From: an uncultured Lentisphaeria bacterium
GTDB lineage: Bacteria > Verrucomicrobiota > Lentisphaeria > Victivallales > UBA1829
Direction of reading: 5' to 3'
Assembly: GCA_905197955.1 (NCBI GenBank)
Contig: CAJKAR010000021.1
Coordinates: forward strand, 7,763-71,762
DNA: 64,000 nucleotides
The position numbers were made by a program, and so were the translations under genes. The notes below the pieces were generated by a model, which was not told where the DNA came from, searched no databases, and was given only the letters and a program-made list of their open reading frames with translations. Shown piece after piece: positions 19,186 to 28,218 of the stretch (positions are counted from its first letter, which is position 1; each line of letters opens with the position of its first letter).

Positions 19186-19213
19186 TTGACTTTTTTAAGA
19201 AATATCGTATAAT
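19186..19213 (+). promoter_or_regulatory. Near-consensus sigma70 promoter of cassette A (TTGACT-N16-TATAAT)
   Basis: TTGACT at 19186-19191 and TATAAT at 19208-19213, about 55 nt upstream of the regulator ATG. Confidence 0.55.
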
Positions 19214-19214
19214 A

Positions 19215-19239
19215 AAAGTGAAAAGTTAAGTGATACATA
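19215..19239 (+). promoter_or_regulatory. Operator-like motif copy 2 (AAAGTGAAAAGTTAAGTGATACATA)
   Basis: Starts 2 nt after the -10 box, so it would cover the predicted transcription start. It repeats the motif at 19080-19104. Confidence 0.4.
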
Positions 19240-19268
19240 AAACAGCAAAAAAAACTTAGGATTCGCGC

Positions 19269-20321
19269 ATGCCTCCGACTGAAAAAACAGATTTTATGAA
19301 AATACGGCAATATGTTATAAATACAATCGCCGTGAAAGGGGCGCAGCCGGTCCGCTTTCCGTCCAGCCGAAAGCTGGGAGAGATGTTCAAGGTCTCCCAG
19401 CCGACCGCCCTGCGCGCCATTCAGGATTTGATCGCGGATGGATATCTCGAACCATGTCGCGGCGGAGGAACGATATCGCGTCAGGTGGAACTGTCACAGG
19501 ATTTTTCCGGGACCAGAATCTTCGGATATATTTTCAATGACGGAAAAATCTCATTCTACGGTTTTTACGCCATGCACCTCCTCGCGGAAACAGCCCTTGA
19601 ACTGACCCGGAGGCACATTGGCTATCAGGTACAGGATATTCATGTGGAAACTCCGTCACTCCTGCGAAAAGAAGTGCGGAATGCCAACCTTTCGGGATTG
19701 ATTCTTCTGTCAGCCGATCCGCCAATCATGACTCAGGCGCTGAAATTAAAAAAGGAAGGATTCCCTGTTGTCTCGTTCACCCGCGATGCGGAAGGAATCA
19801 GTTCCGTTTACGATCCGCTGGAGGAACTGTACCGCGATATTCTCCTGAAACTTTTCGCGGAAGGGCGGACGCATATTCTGGTCTGTTCGCATCCGCTTGC
19901 CTATATGGTCTCCGCGACCAGAAAAGCCATCCGGACTGCGTGCGAAATGGCCGGAGTCTCCGAAAAGCAGGTAATTCTTCTCTGCGAAGGATTCACGAAA
20001 GATCAGGAAAAACTTCAGGAACTGCTGACATTTGGAGTTAAATTTGAAGGAGTCGTATTTCCCAATCCATTCCTCTGTTCCACAATCCGGGCAAAACTGG
20101 ACATCGAAAACGAATGCCGGATTGTCCTTGATGAAAGCAGAATGTATGACAATTTAAATTTTTCCGGCTATGTCGTCAAATACGATTATCCGCCTGCCGT
20201 CCGGATCATGATCGACAATCTGATTGCACAAACAGAAACACCGGAAAAAGCGCCTCTGCTCAAAGAAAAAATTCAATATCGTATTTTCCAGGTCCGCAAC
20301 GGAGTCATATTACCGGAATAA
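19269..20321 (+). CDS. AraR-like chimeric regulator (GntR-type wHTH + LacI/PBP1 sugar-binding domain), cassette A
   Basis: 350 aa. GntR HTH ([42 protein letters not shown]) followed by a periplasmic-binding-protein-like fold. Confidence 0.8.
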   Translation: MPPTEKTDFMKIRQYVINTIAVKGAQPVRFPSSRKLGEMFKVSQPTALRAIQDLIADGYLEPCRGGGTISRQVELSQDFSGTRIFGYIFNDGKISFYGFYAMHLLAETALELTRRHIGYQVQDIHVETPSLLRKEVRNANLSGLILLSADPPIMTQALKLKKEGFPVVSFTRDAEGISSVYDPLEELYRDILLKLFAEGRTHILVCSHPLAYMVSATRKAIRTACEMAGVSEKQVILLCEGFTKDQEKLQELLTFGVKFEGVVFPNPFLCSTIRAKLDIENECRIVLDESRMYDNLNFSGYVVKYDYPPAVRIMIDNLIAQTETPEKAPLLKEKIQYRIFQVRNGVILPE

Positions 20322-20353
20322 ATCTTGACCATTCAAGAAGGAGAAAAGATCTC

Positions 20354-21085
20354 ATGAACAGAAAATCAAGGAAAACGGAATCGCACTTCCAAAGAGTGAT
20401 CGGAAGTAAAAAAAGTTGTATCTATTTTATATTGATAGAGCTTTTAGTTGTAATTGCAATCATTGCAATTCTTGCATCGCTTCTTCTTCCGGCGCTGAGA
20501 AGCGCGAGAAACAAGGCAAAAGACATCAACTGTGCAGCCAACCTGAAACAGATCGGGACCTATATGACACTATATCTCAATGATTTTGAAGGATTTTTCC
20601 CGCCCCCCGCGCAGGAATCCCCGTTACCATCCGCATTCCGATCCACTGATGGCTGGGATGATATTCTGTACAGGCAGTATATCCAACCCGGCGTTATCAC
20701 TGGAGGATGTCAGTGGAACACCGTGACCAACGCGCCGCGTTACGGTCTTTTTCACTGCCCTTCGCAGGAGAAATGGGGTGAAACGAACCAATATGCCATC
20801 AATTGCATCCTGAATCAGACCTTTCTGAATCTGTCAAAAATCACCCGAGCATCCGCATTCATGATGTGCGTCGATCAGGATGCCTCCCGCGCCGACAACT
20901 GGGACGGCAACCGCTGGATCAACACTATCAACAATCCGGAACGAATTGATCCCAGACACAGCGGTATGTCCGCCAACCTGCTGTATGTCGATGGCCATAC
21001 CGCCAATTTGAAACATACGACAATTGATTACGAATCAAGCAGACGATGGAGTTCAAAACCATCCTTCTGGAATCCTCAAATCTAA
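20354..21085 (+). CDS. Prepilin-type N-terminal domain protein of the DUF1559 / H-X9-DG type, cassette A
   Basis: 243 aa. [24 protein letters not shown] starts at residue 25, followed by CAANLKQIG and a C-terminal [20 protein letters not shown] upstream. Confidence 0.85.
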   Translation: MNRKSRKTESHFQRVIGSKKSCIYFILIELLVVIAIIAILASLLLPALRSARNKAKDINCAANLKQIGTYMTLYLNDFEGFFPPPAQESPLPSAFRSTDGWDDILYRQYIQPGVITGGCQWNTVTNAPRYGLFHCPSQEKWGETNQYAINCILNQTFLNLSKITRASAFMMCVDQDASRADNWDGNRWINTINNPERIDPRHSGMSANLLYVDGHTANLKHTTIDYESSRRWSSKPSFWNPQI

Positions 21086-21112
21086 AAAATCAATTCAGAG
21101 GAAACAACAACT

Positions 21113-24100
21113 ATGAAATGGCATCGGATTCTTCTTTCCCTTCTGATTCTTTCCACGGCAAGCCTGTCTATTGCGGAGGAGTGGAAACTCGAAACAAAAG
21201 GCTGGCGCTGGCAGGGTTCGGGAAAAGCATCCGTTACTCAAACCGACGGACAACTGAATCTCCGGCTGTACGGAAGTTACATCCTGACAAAATCCATCCC
21301 ACTGAAAGCGAAATGGAAAGGAATCCTCTTCACATTCCGAATGAAAACGGAAAAGGTCGTCAAAGGAAAACAGCACTGGGCGGACGCCCGTTTTCAGGTT
21401 CTCTTCTATGACCGGAATGGAAAACAGGTCGGCGGCTGGCCGCCCTTCGCCACGGCAACGGGAACAAGCGATCGCAGAAGAGAGATGTTTTATAAAATTC
21501 CATCTGGAGCTTCCGAGGTCCGGATCAGTCCTTCGAATCTGGGAGTCTCCGGGAAAGTCGAATTTCTCGATCTGCACGTCTATCCCATGACAACCGATAA
21601 AATCACGGATCTCGATGCGCGTCCGCCGGAAGGTTCCGCCGAGGATCATATGAGTCTGAAGGGAGCGGAAACGCTCAAAAACGGACAGAGAGAGCAGATC
21701 TGCCTGAACGGTCTCTGGCAATTCTATCCGCTGAAAAACGGAGTCGATCCGGCATTGCAACTTCCGGCAAAGGGAAGCGGATGGTGCTGGTTCAAAGTCC
21801 CCGGAGCGTGGCCGTCGTGGGGAAATCAGACGGCGGAATCCGCTCAGGCGATCATCGTATCGCCCTTTGCAACGGAAAAAATCGACACGCTCAAACTCAA
21901 CGAGGCATGGTACCGCAGAATCTTCACCGTGCCCGCGGAATGGAAAGGCAGACGGATCCTCCTGAACTTCACCATGCTCCAGACCAACGCACAGGTTCTC
22001 GTGGACGGCAAACGTGCCGGCGAAGTCTATTTTCCCGGCGGAGAACTTGATCTGACCGGAAAACTCCTTCCGGGAAAACAGCAGGAACTGGCAATTCTGG
22101 TCACTGCCAATCCCGGCAAAAGCAACGTGCATTTCATGGCGCCGGATGTCATCATCAATACGCCGGCAAAGCTCGGATTCCGAGGCATCACAGGCGATCT
22201 GTATCTCAGTGCAATTCCCTCTGCGGGGAATATTCGCGACGTGCGGATCACAACCTCCGTTCGCCGGCAAACCATCTCCTGCGACACCGCTCTGGAACAT
22301 CTCCCGCCCGGAGAATATCTCCTGAAAGCGGAAATCTTCGACGGCTCCGCCAAAGTCCGGGAGTTCCGTTCCGAGCCGTTCCGCATTGTCAAGGAATCAC
22401 CGCTCCTCCGCAAAAACTTTTCCGCAACCTGGAGAAATCCGAAACTCTGGGATACGAATCATCCGGAAAATCTCTACCGGGCAACGATCACCCTGCTGAA
22501 AAAGGACGGATCCGTCATCGACACCCTTTTCCCGGAGGAATTCGGATTCCGGGAATTCTGGACCAGCGGCAGAAACTTCTATCTGAATGAAAGCGTGATC
22601 CATCTGCGCCAGTTTGCCCACGGACTGAACTGCGGAGCGGCAAACATCTCCTGCCGGGAAAATGTGGTAAACGTGCTGAAACGAGTCAAAGAAGCGAATT
22701 TCAATTCGGTTTTCGGTGTGGACTACGCTTTCCGTCCGGGACAGGTCGGCTACATTGACCACTCCTATCGGGAAAGCTCAAAACTGGGACTTCTCACCGC
22801 CCTGACTCTGCCTCACGCCGCCCAGTACAACTGGAATCTGGATGATCCGAAGGAAAACGCCCGTTACCGCAGGCACGCGGAACATCTCATCCGCCGCTTT
22901 CAGAATCTTCCCGGCATCGTGATGTACGCCATGACCCACAATGCCACGGGAGACATCGCGGATCAGAATCCCCTGAAAATGGGAATGCCGAACACCTTTC
23001 CTGCAAACAACAAGACCATGCAGGCTCTGAAAGCCGAAGCCATCGTCCGGGAACTGGATCCCGACAAAGTGATCTATCATCACGCGGGCAGTCCCGGCAA
23101 CGGAATCTTCGGTGTGAACTGCTATCTGAACTGGGCGCCCGTTCAGGAACGCAGCGACTGGTTCGAACACTGGGAAAAACACGGCACGCGCCCGCTGATG
23201 CTGAGCGAATGGGGACTGCCGCACCGCGCAAGCTACTCCAGTTTCCGCGGAGGAGCGGGCATCTGGTTCCGGAAAAATCCGCAGTGCTTCTGGGTCGAGG
23301 AATACAACGCCGAACATCTCGGGGAAGAGGCGTACCGTCTGACGCAGGATCATCTGGATTTTCTCGAAATGCAGACGAAAAACACAGGAAACAAACCGAT
23401 CTATTTCTCTCTGGACGGAGACAAACTGCTGCGGACCTGTCAGACGGTTCTGAAGGAATTCGTCGGCGAAAATTTCCCGGCGTTCCGAATCCGCGGACTC
23501 TCCTCCATCGCGCCGTGGGACAGCTCGTGGTTCTGGGATAAACTGGAGCCGCAATGGATCTCCGTCGACAATCCGGATGCGTTCCGGAATCTGAAAAGAC
23601 CCGGCATCTCGCCGGACCGCTTCCACACGCCCGGAACCCGATTCGCATGGAATGAAACAGACGGAACAGGATCATGGAAACTCACAAAACTCGGCGAAAC
23701 CGTAGCGGCGGCCTTTGCGGACCGTCTCGCCATGATCGCCGGAAAGACGGGAGACTTCTCCGAAAAAGGACATAATTTCCGTCCGGGCGAAACCGTCAGC
23801 AAACAACTCATTGTCGTCAACGACTCACGGGAAACTCTCCGTGTTCTCTGCAAAGCCTCCGTTCCCGAACTGAATCTGAATCTGGAAAAAGAACTCACGA
23901 TCCCAACCGGAAGCCGCGCATCCATGCCGGTTCAGTTCCGGATTCCGGAGAAATTCACAGGAAAAACAATCTGCCTGAACGCGGAATTTCTCTTCCCGGA
24001 TCAGACTCGATCCACAGACTCCATCCGGCTTGATGTGATCCGGCCGATCGCGAAAAAAACGATCCGCGGACTCGGACTCTACGATCCCGAGGGAACCGCC

Positions 24101-25792
24101 GCTCCGCTTCTGAAGGAACTCGGACTCTCCTTCCGGAACATCCGGACGCAAAACGATCTTGCCGGAATCGAACTCCTTGTCATCGGAAGAAAGGGAATGA
24201 AGGAGTTCCCGTTCAAACTGGCGGAAAAGATCGAAAACGGACTCAAACTTCTCGTTCTGGAACAGGAATATGAGGATCTGCTGAGAATGGGGCTGCGTGG
24301 AAACATACAGGGATTGCGCAAAGTGTTTCCGCTGTCGCCGGAATTCGAACATCTCCACTGGTGGCGCGGCTCCTCGACTCTGACAACGCCGTTCCTTGAG
24401 CTGCCCGAACACGAAAGCGGATATCCCTCGTGGAAATTCAACGACATGTACAGCAGTCGAGTCTGGCGAGCCGGCAACCGCGGCAATGTATGCAGTGTCC
24501 TCATCGAAAAAGCTCCGGCGGGAAATTTCCTCCCGCTGATGCAGGGCGGATTCGATCTCCAATACGCTCCGCTTCTGGAGATGAAGAGCGGAAAAGGTAC
24601 CGTTCTCTTCTCCCAGCTGGATCTTTCCGGAAGGACGGAATCCGATCCCGAGGCCCTCACGATCCTCCGGAAACTCCTGGATCGTCTGGAACAGGCGAAA
24701 CCGCATGCGGCAAGACCGGTCGTCTACCGGGGCGGAGCGGAGGGAAAAGCGCTCCTGAAAAAACTGAATATCGCCTTTTCTGAAACGGAACAGCTCCCCT
24801 CCAACGCTCTGCTGACGGCGGGCCCCGGCGCAAAACTCGCGGATCTGAAGGGACGGATCGAAAACGGACTCGATGTCCTTGTCATCGCTCCGGAAAAATC
24901 GGAACTGGAACGAATCCTTCCAGCGGGAACCGTGCTTCAGTCGGGCAGATTCTTTCCCGCTTATGTCTCCGGACTCAAAAAGCATCCGGAATTCGCGGGG
25001 ATCTCGAATGCGGATCTGCACTGGAGAAAGCCGATTACCCTCTCATTCGATCCCTCAGGCGACGGCGGACGCGCACTGCGGATTTTCCGGATCGGGAAAG
25101 GACGCCTGATCGTCAGCCTCATTGCGCCGTGGATGTTCGAGGAACAGGAATTTCAATACAGGACCTCGTTCCGCCGGAGTGCGTTTCTGCTCTCCCGTCT
25201 GTTCCGGAATCTCGGGGCGGCGGACGCCTCCGGAAGCGCGATCATGTTCGACAGGGATTATCTGGCGGCTCGCGGAATCGAACTGAAAAACGGCTGGAAA
25301 GGAATCGCCGATCCGCAGAAGACCGGTCGCAAAAACGGATTCTGGAAACCGGAGTTCAAACCGGGAAGCAACTGGCGCACAGTCAAAGTCAACAGAGCCT
25401 TCGAGTCGCAGTTCCGGGATCTGCGAAATTACGATGGATTCTTCTGGTACCGTCTCAACTTTGATCTGAAAGGGGAAATCCGGCCGGATGCGGAGTATCT
25501 CCTCAACATTCCGGCAGTCGACGACGAATCCTGGTGCTGGCTCAACGGCCGCTTCATCGGAGAGCTCTCCGCCCGAACCAATCCGAACGACTACTGGTAT
25601 GCAAAACGAATGCACCGGTTCAAAGGAAATCTACTGAAAAAACGGAACAATACTCTGGTCATTCTCTGCAACGATCTCCGAAACACCGGAGGAATCTGGG
25701 GAATTCCAGCAATCAAAGCCGCAGACGGTCTCAGGCTCTATGCGGACACCCCCGTTGCAGATGACAATCCGTATCGTTACAGCCGCTGGTAA
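21113..25792 (+). CDS. Secreted multi-domain GH2-like glycoside hydrolase (1559 aa)
   Basis: Signal peptide MKWHRILLSLLILSTASLSIA. GH2-type sugar-binding jelly roll (WYRRIFTVPAEWKGRRILLNFTMLQTNAQVLVDGKRAGE). Barrel entry FGFREFW...FYLNESVIHLRQFAH. Also GATase1-like inserts and a second galactose-binding-like domain at the C-terminus (FFWYRLNFDL...WCWLNGRFIGE). Confidence 0.7.
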   Translation: MKWHRILLSLLILSTASLSIAEEWKLETKGWRWQGSGKASVTQTDGQLNLRLYGSYILTKSIPLKAKWKGILFTFRMKTEKVVKGKQHWADARFQVLFYDRNGKQVGGWPPFATATGTSDRRREMFYKIPSGASEVRISPSNLGVSGKVEFLDLHVYPMTTDKITDLDARPPEGSAEDHMSLKGAETLKNGQREQICLNGLWQFYPLKNGVDPALQLPAKGSGWCWFKVPGAWPSWGNQTAESAQAIIVSPFATEKIDTLKLNEAWYRRIFTVPAEWKGRRILLNFTMLQTNAQVLVDGKRAGEVYFPGGELDLTGKLLPGKQQELAILVTANPGKSNVHFMAPDVIINTPAKLGFRGITGDLYLSAIPSAGNIRDVRITTSVRRQTISCDTALEHLPPGEYLLKAEIFDGSAKVREFRSEPFRIVKESPLLRKNFSATWRNPKLWDTNHPENLYRATITLLKKDGSVIDTLFPEEFGFREFWTSGRNFYLNESVIHLRQFAHGLNCGAANISCRENVVNVLKRVKEANFNSVFGVDYAFRPGQVGYIDHSYRESSKLGLLTALTLPHAAQYNWNLDDPKENARYRRHAEHLIRRFQNLPGIVMYAMTHNATGDIADQNPLKMGMPNTFPANNKTMQALKAEAIVRELDPDKVIYHHAGSPGNGIFGVNCYLNWAPVQERSDWFEHWEKHGTRPLMLSEWGLPHRASYSSFRGGAGIWFRKNPQCFWVEEYNAEHLGEEAYRLTQDHLDFLEMQTKNTGNKPIYFSLDGDKLLRTCQTVLKEFVGENFPAFRIRGLSSIAPWDSSWFWDKLEPQWISVDNPDAFRNLKRPGISPDRFHTPGTRFAWNETDGTGSWKLTKLGETVAAAFADRLAMIAGKTGDFSEKGHNFRPGETVSKQLIVVNDSRETLRVLCKASVPELNLNLEKELTIPTGSRASMPVQFRIPEKFTGKTICLNAEFLFPDQTRSTDSIRLDVIRPIAKKTIRGLGLYDPEGTAAPLLKELGLSFRNIRTQNDLAGIELLVIGRKGMKEFPFKLAEKIENGLKLLVLEQEYEDLLRMGLRGNIQGLRKVFPLSPEFEHLHWWRGSSTLTTPFLELPEHESGYPSWKFNDMYSSRVWRAGNRGNVCSVLIEKAPAGNFLPLMQGGFDLQYAPLLEMKSGKGTVLFSQLDLSGRTESDPEALTILRKLLDRLEQAKPHAARPVVYRGGAEGKALLKKLNIAFSETEQLPSNALLTAGPGAKLADLKGRIENGLDVLVIAPEKSELERILPAGTVLQSGRFFPAYVSGLKKHPEFAGISNADLHWRKPITLSFDPSGDGGRALRIFRIGKGRLIVSLIAPWMFEEQEFQYRTSFRRSAFLLSRLFRNLGAADASGSAIMFDRDYLAARGIELKNGWKGIADPQKTGRKNGFWKPEFKPGSNWRTVKVNRAFESQFRDLRNYDGFFWYRLNFDLKGEIRPDAEYLLNIPAVDDESWCWLNGRFIGELSARTNPNDYWYAKRMHRFKGNLLKKRNNTLVILCNDLRNTGGIWGIPAIKAADGLRLYADTPVADDNPYRYSRW

Positions 25793-25804
25793 ATAGAGGA
25801 GGTT

Positions 25805-25838
25805 TTCCGGAGAAAATCCCCCCGTTCCTTCTCCGGAA
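25805..25838 (+). terminator. 10-bp hairpin after the giant GH gene (no U-tract)
   Basis: TTCCGGAGAA (25805-25814) / TTCTCCGGAA (25829-25838). No T-run follows, so it may be an attenuator or RNA-stability element rather than a full terminator. Confidence 0.35.
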
Positions 25839-25942
25839 ATACCCGTGGAACCGAAATAATGATTCCTCCCCGGGATTTGCATTTTCATCTTCCGGATGAT
25901 ATGGTATCTCCATTTTCAAACATAAGAAAAGGAGAAGTCTCT

Positions 25943-26218
25943 ATGAGCCGTATCTACGCGACCTCGAACGACAAGGTCTGTTCCCGGATCGGACACTGCA
26001 TGCGCCTGTTTCTGCTTCCTGCGATGCTTCTTCTGCTCGCGGCAACCGCCGTCGGATGCGCGGATCACCCCCACCATCATGCGCCGCCCCCGAGGCCGGA
26101 AATGCGTCCGCATCGGCCCGCGCCTCCGCCGAGACATGCGAACAGATCCCATCAGCCCGCACCTCTACCGGGACAGGAAAGCCGTCCGCAACAATCACCG
26201 CCGCCCCCGCCGCGCTGA
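25943..26218 (+). CDS. Possible small lipoprotein with His/Pro/Arg-rich tail
   Basis: ATG at 25943 with GGAG 8 nt upstream. Internal MRLFLLPAMLLLLAATAVGC is lipobox-like. The mature part is ADHPHHHAPPPRPEMRPHRPAPPPRH.... The GC-rich stretch is open in several frames, so coding status is uncertain. Confidence 0.35.
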   Translation: MSRIYATSNDKVCSRIGHCMRLFLLPAMLLLLAATAVGCADHPHHHAPPPRPEMRPHRPAPPPRHANRSHQPAPLPGQESRPQQSPPPPPR

Positions 26219-26240
26219 CTCCATCCGAACGGCATCCACA

Positions 26241-26276
26241 GCGGAAACGGAATTTATTTTTCCCGTTTCCGCTTGT
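26241..26276 (+). terminator. Terminator-like hairpin
   Basis: GCGGAAACGG (26241-26250) / CCGTTTCCGC (26263-26272), followed by TTGT. The U-tract is weak. Confidence 0.45.
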
Positions 26277-26360
26277 ATCTGAATTTCCTCTGTGATACAG
26301 CAGAGATTCCCCACGCAAAAAAGTTTCTCACAAACAAGCAATTTTCAAGGAATACTGGCC

Positions 26361-28202
26361 ATGAAACAGACAGTCTGGCTGATGCTGGCAGATCGGAACG
26401 CGCCCGACCTTTTCTTCGCGGTAAGTTCGGTCTGCAATCTTGCCCGGAACAGCGGCGTGCTGTTCAGCTCTTACTTTGAAACAAGACGGAACGGACAACT
26501 CTTCGCGGAAAGCGGTTCCACGATTCCCGGCGGACACCATTTTCAGGATTTCAATTATCTGTGCGCCGTTGCCGATGTCAAAGTGATCCGATATGGAAAC
26601 GCATATGTATTTGACTCCTCCATCCGGAATTTCGGACTGGAAGTCATCGCGGAGGCGGAACGACCTGCGGAACTGTACCGTCAGCTGCTTGATTACACGG
26701 GCGGCACTTTCCAGCCGGAAACGCTCTATTTCGGATTGAACCATCCGATCCGGAACGGAAACGGACAGGAAATCCGTCCGGAACCTTATCAGTATCCGGA
26801 AATCCTGAACACCGCCGCTCTCGCATTCTCCCCTTCCGACGGAGAAGCGGCAAAAGAATTTTACGCCGAAGGAATGGCGGTCCGCTCCTGTTTCTGTTCG
26901 CCGGAGGAGAACGACTCCTTGCAGAAACTCTATCCGCAGCTGGAGATCATCGACCGGATCCAGCCGGATGATGACTGGAGATCCATCACGCTCCGCATCG
27001 CGGAACGGTGGAAACACAAGGCGAAAAGCGTCTTTTTCGGCGATCCCGATGCGCTCTTCTGCCGGATTCCCGAGGAAGCCCGCAGAGAAAGCGTCGCTCT
27101 CTACGCTCCGGCAGTTCATCCGGCCCCGAAAGAGATCAAGGTCAGTTCCTATATCGAAGGGCACTCCGCGGCAGCGGAGGATACGGCTCGTCTGGCACGG
27201 GAGATTGGGAACCCCGTTCTCTGCGGCCGTCAGACTCTGGATGGAGATATTCTTCTCTGGTCGCGGAGCGGACTCTGTATTCAGATCGTGGATCCGAACC
27301 GGCCCGCATTTCCGGTCATCGACGAGTTCCCGCAGGTCTGGACCAGGACAAAAGACGAAGACCGGGATTTCTTCGAGGACTCCATCTCCGACGCCACCTT
27401 GCGCCAGTGGGCCCATGAGGGAAAACGTCTGACCACCCTCCTCTGGCACTCCGGAGAAATCGCCCACAATGAAGCCATGATCAATCTTCTGGAATGTGCC
27501 GCAATCAACAAAGTGAAAATGGGAATCGGCGTTCATGCGCAGCGTTATGAAACCTGTCCGCAGCTCTGGGAGCTGATCCGCATTCCGGAACGGCTCGGCG
27601 GTTCTATGGAGTTCATCGAACCGCTTCTCTACTCGGGAGGACTCGGCATCGCGGCGGAAATCAATCTGCCTCCGGAATCCCTCGGCGGACTGATCCGGGA
27701 AGCAAAAGAGCGGATCAGACGGATCGCGGGCGACGACGCCGTCCCGCGCGGTCACTACTGTTTCCTCGATTCCGATACCGAAACCCATCTGAAATACCGC
27801 TCCGAAATCTGGGACGCCATCGCCGAGGCGGGAATGCGGTACAACATCTCGGCCTGTTCGCCGGGACGAAACAGAATTCTGGCGGAAAAAAATGGATGTC
27901 TCGTCCTGAACCAGTCCTGCCGGGTGCTGGAAAGCTCCTCCCCGTTCGTGCGGATTACCACGGCGGAAGATGTCCGCCAGCGGAGCTGCCCGATCTATCC
28001 GGGCTGGATGATTGCCACTCTGGATGCACCGGTCATAGCCTTCAATCCCTACATCTGGCGACAGGGACACCGGTTCATGGAAATGCTCAACGCCATCAAA
28101 ACCGGGGGCAATCAGATCAATGTCAAGCCCTCGACGATCGCCCGCTACGCCCGGATTCTGGAGGAGGAAGGTTTTCTCCCTCCCGCCGGACCGCTGATTT
28201 GA
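26361..28202 (+). CDS. Hypothetical protein, 613 aa, leaderless, no family recognised
   Basis: I prefer the + strand ORF over the overlapping 671-aa minus-strand ORF. It has balanced amino-acid composition, an AAGGAA RBS 8 nt before the ATG at 26361, and a 16-nt gap to the next + gene. Confidence 0.7.
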   Translation: MKQTVWLMLADRNAPDLFFAVSSVCNLARNSGVLFSSYFETRRNGQLFAESGSTIPGGHHFQDFNYLCAVADVKVIRYGNAYVFDSSIRNFGLEVIAEAERPAELYRQLLDYTGGTFQPETLYFGLNHPIRNGNGQEIRPEPYQYPEILNTAALAFSPSDGEAAKEFYAEGMAVRSCFCSPEENDSLQKLYPQLEIIDRIQPDDDWRSITLRIAERWKHKAKSVFFGDPDALFCRIPEEARRESVALYAPAVHPAPKEIKVSSYIEGHSAAAEDTARLAREIGNPVLCGRQTLDGDILLWSRSGLCIQIVDPNRPAFPVIDEFPQVWTRTKDEDRDFFEDSISDATLRQWAHEGKRLTTLLWHSGEIAHNEAMINLLECAAINKVKMGIGVHAQRYETCPQLWELIRIPERLGGSMEFIEPLLYSGGLGIAAEINLPPESLGGLIREAKERIRRIAGDDAVPRGHYCFLDSDTETHLKYRSEIWDAIAEAGMRYNISACSPGRNRILAEKNGCLVLNQSCRVLESSSPFVRITTAEDVRQRSCPIYPGWMIATLDAPVIAFNPYIWRQGHRFMEMLNAIKTGGNQINVKPSTIARYARILEEEGFLPPAGPLI

Positions 28203-28218
28203 TCCCGGGAGAAGAAAG

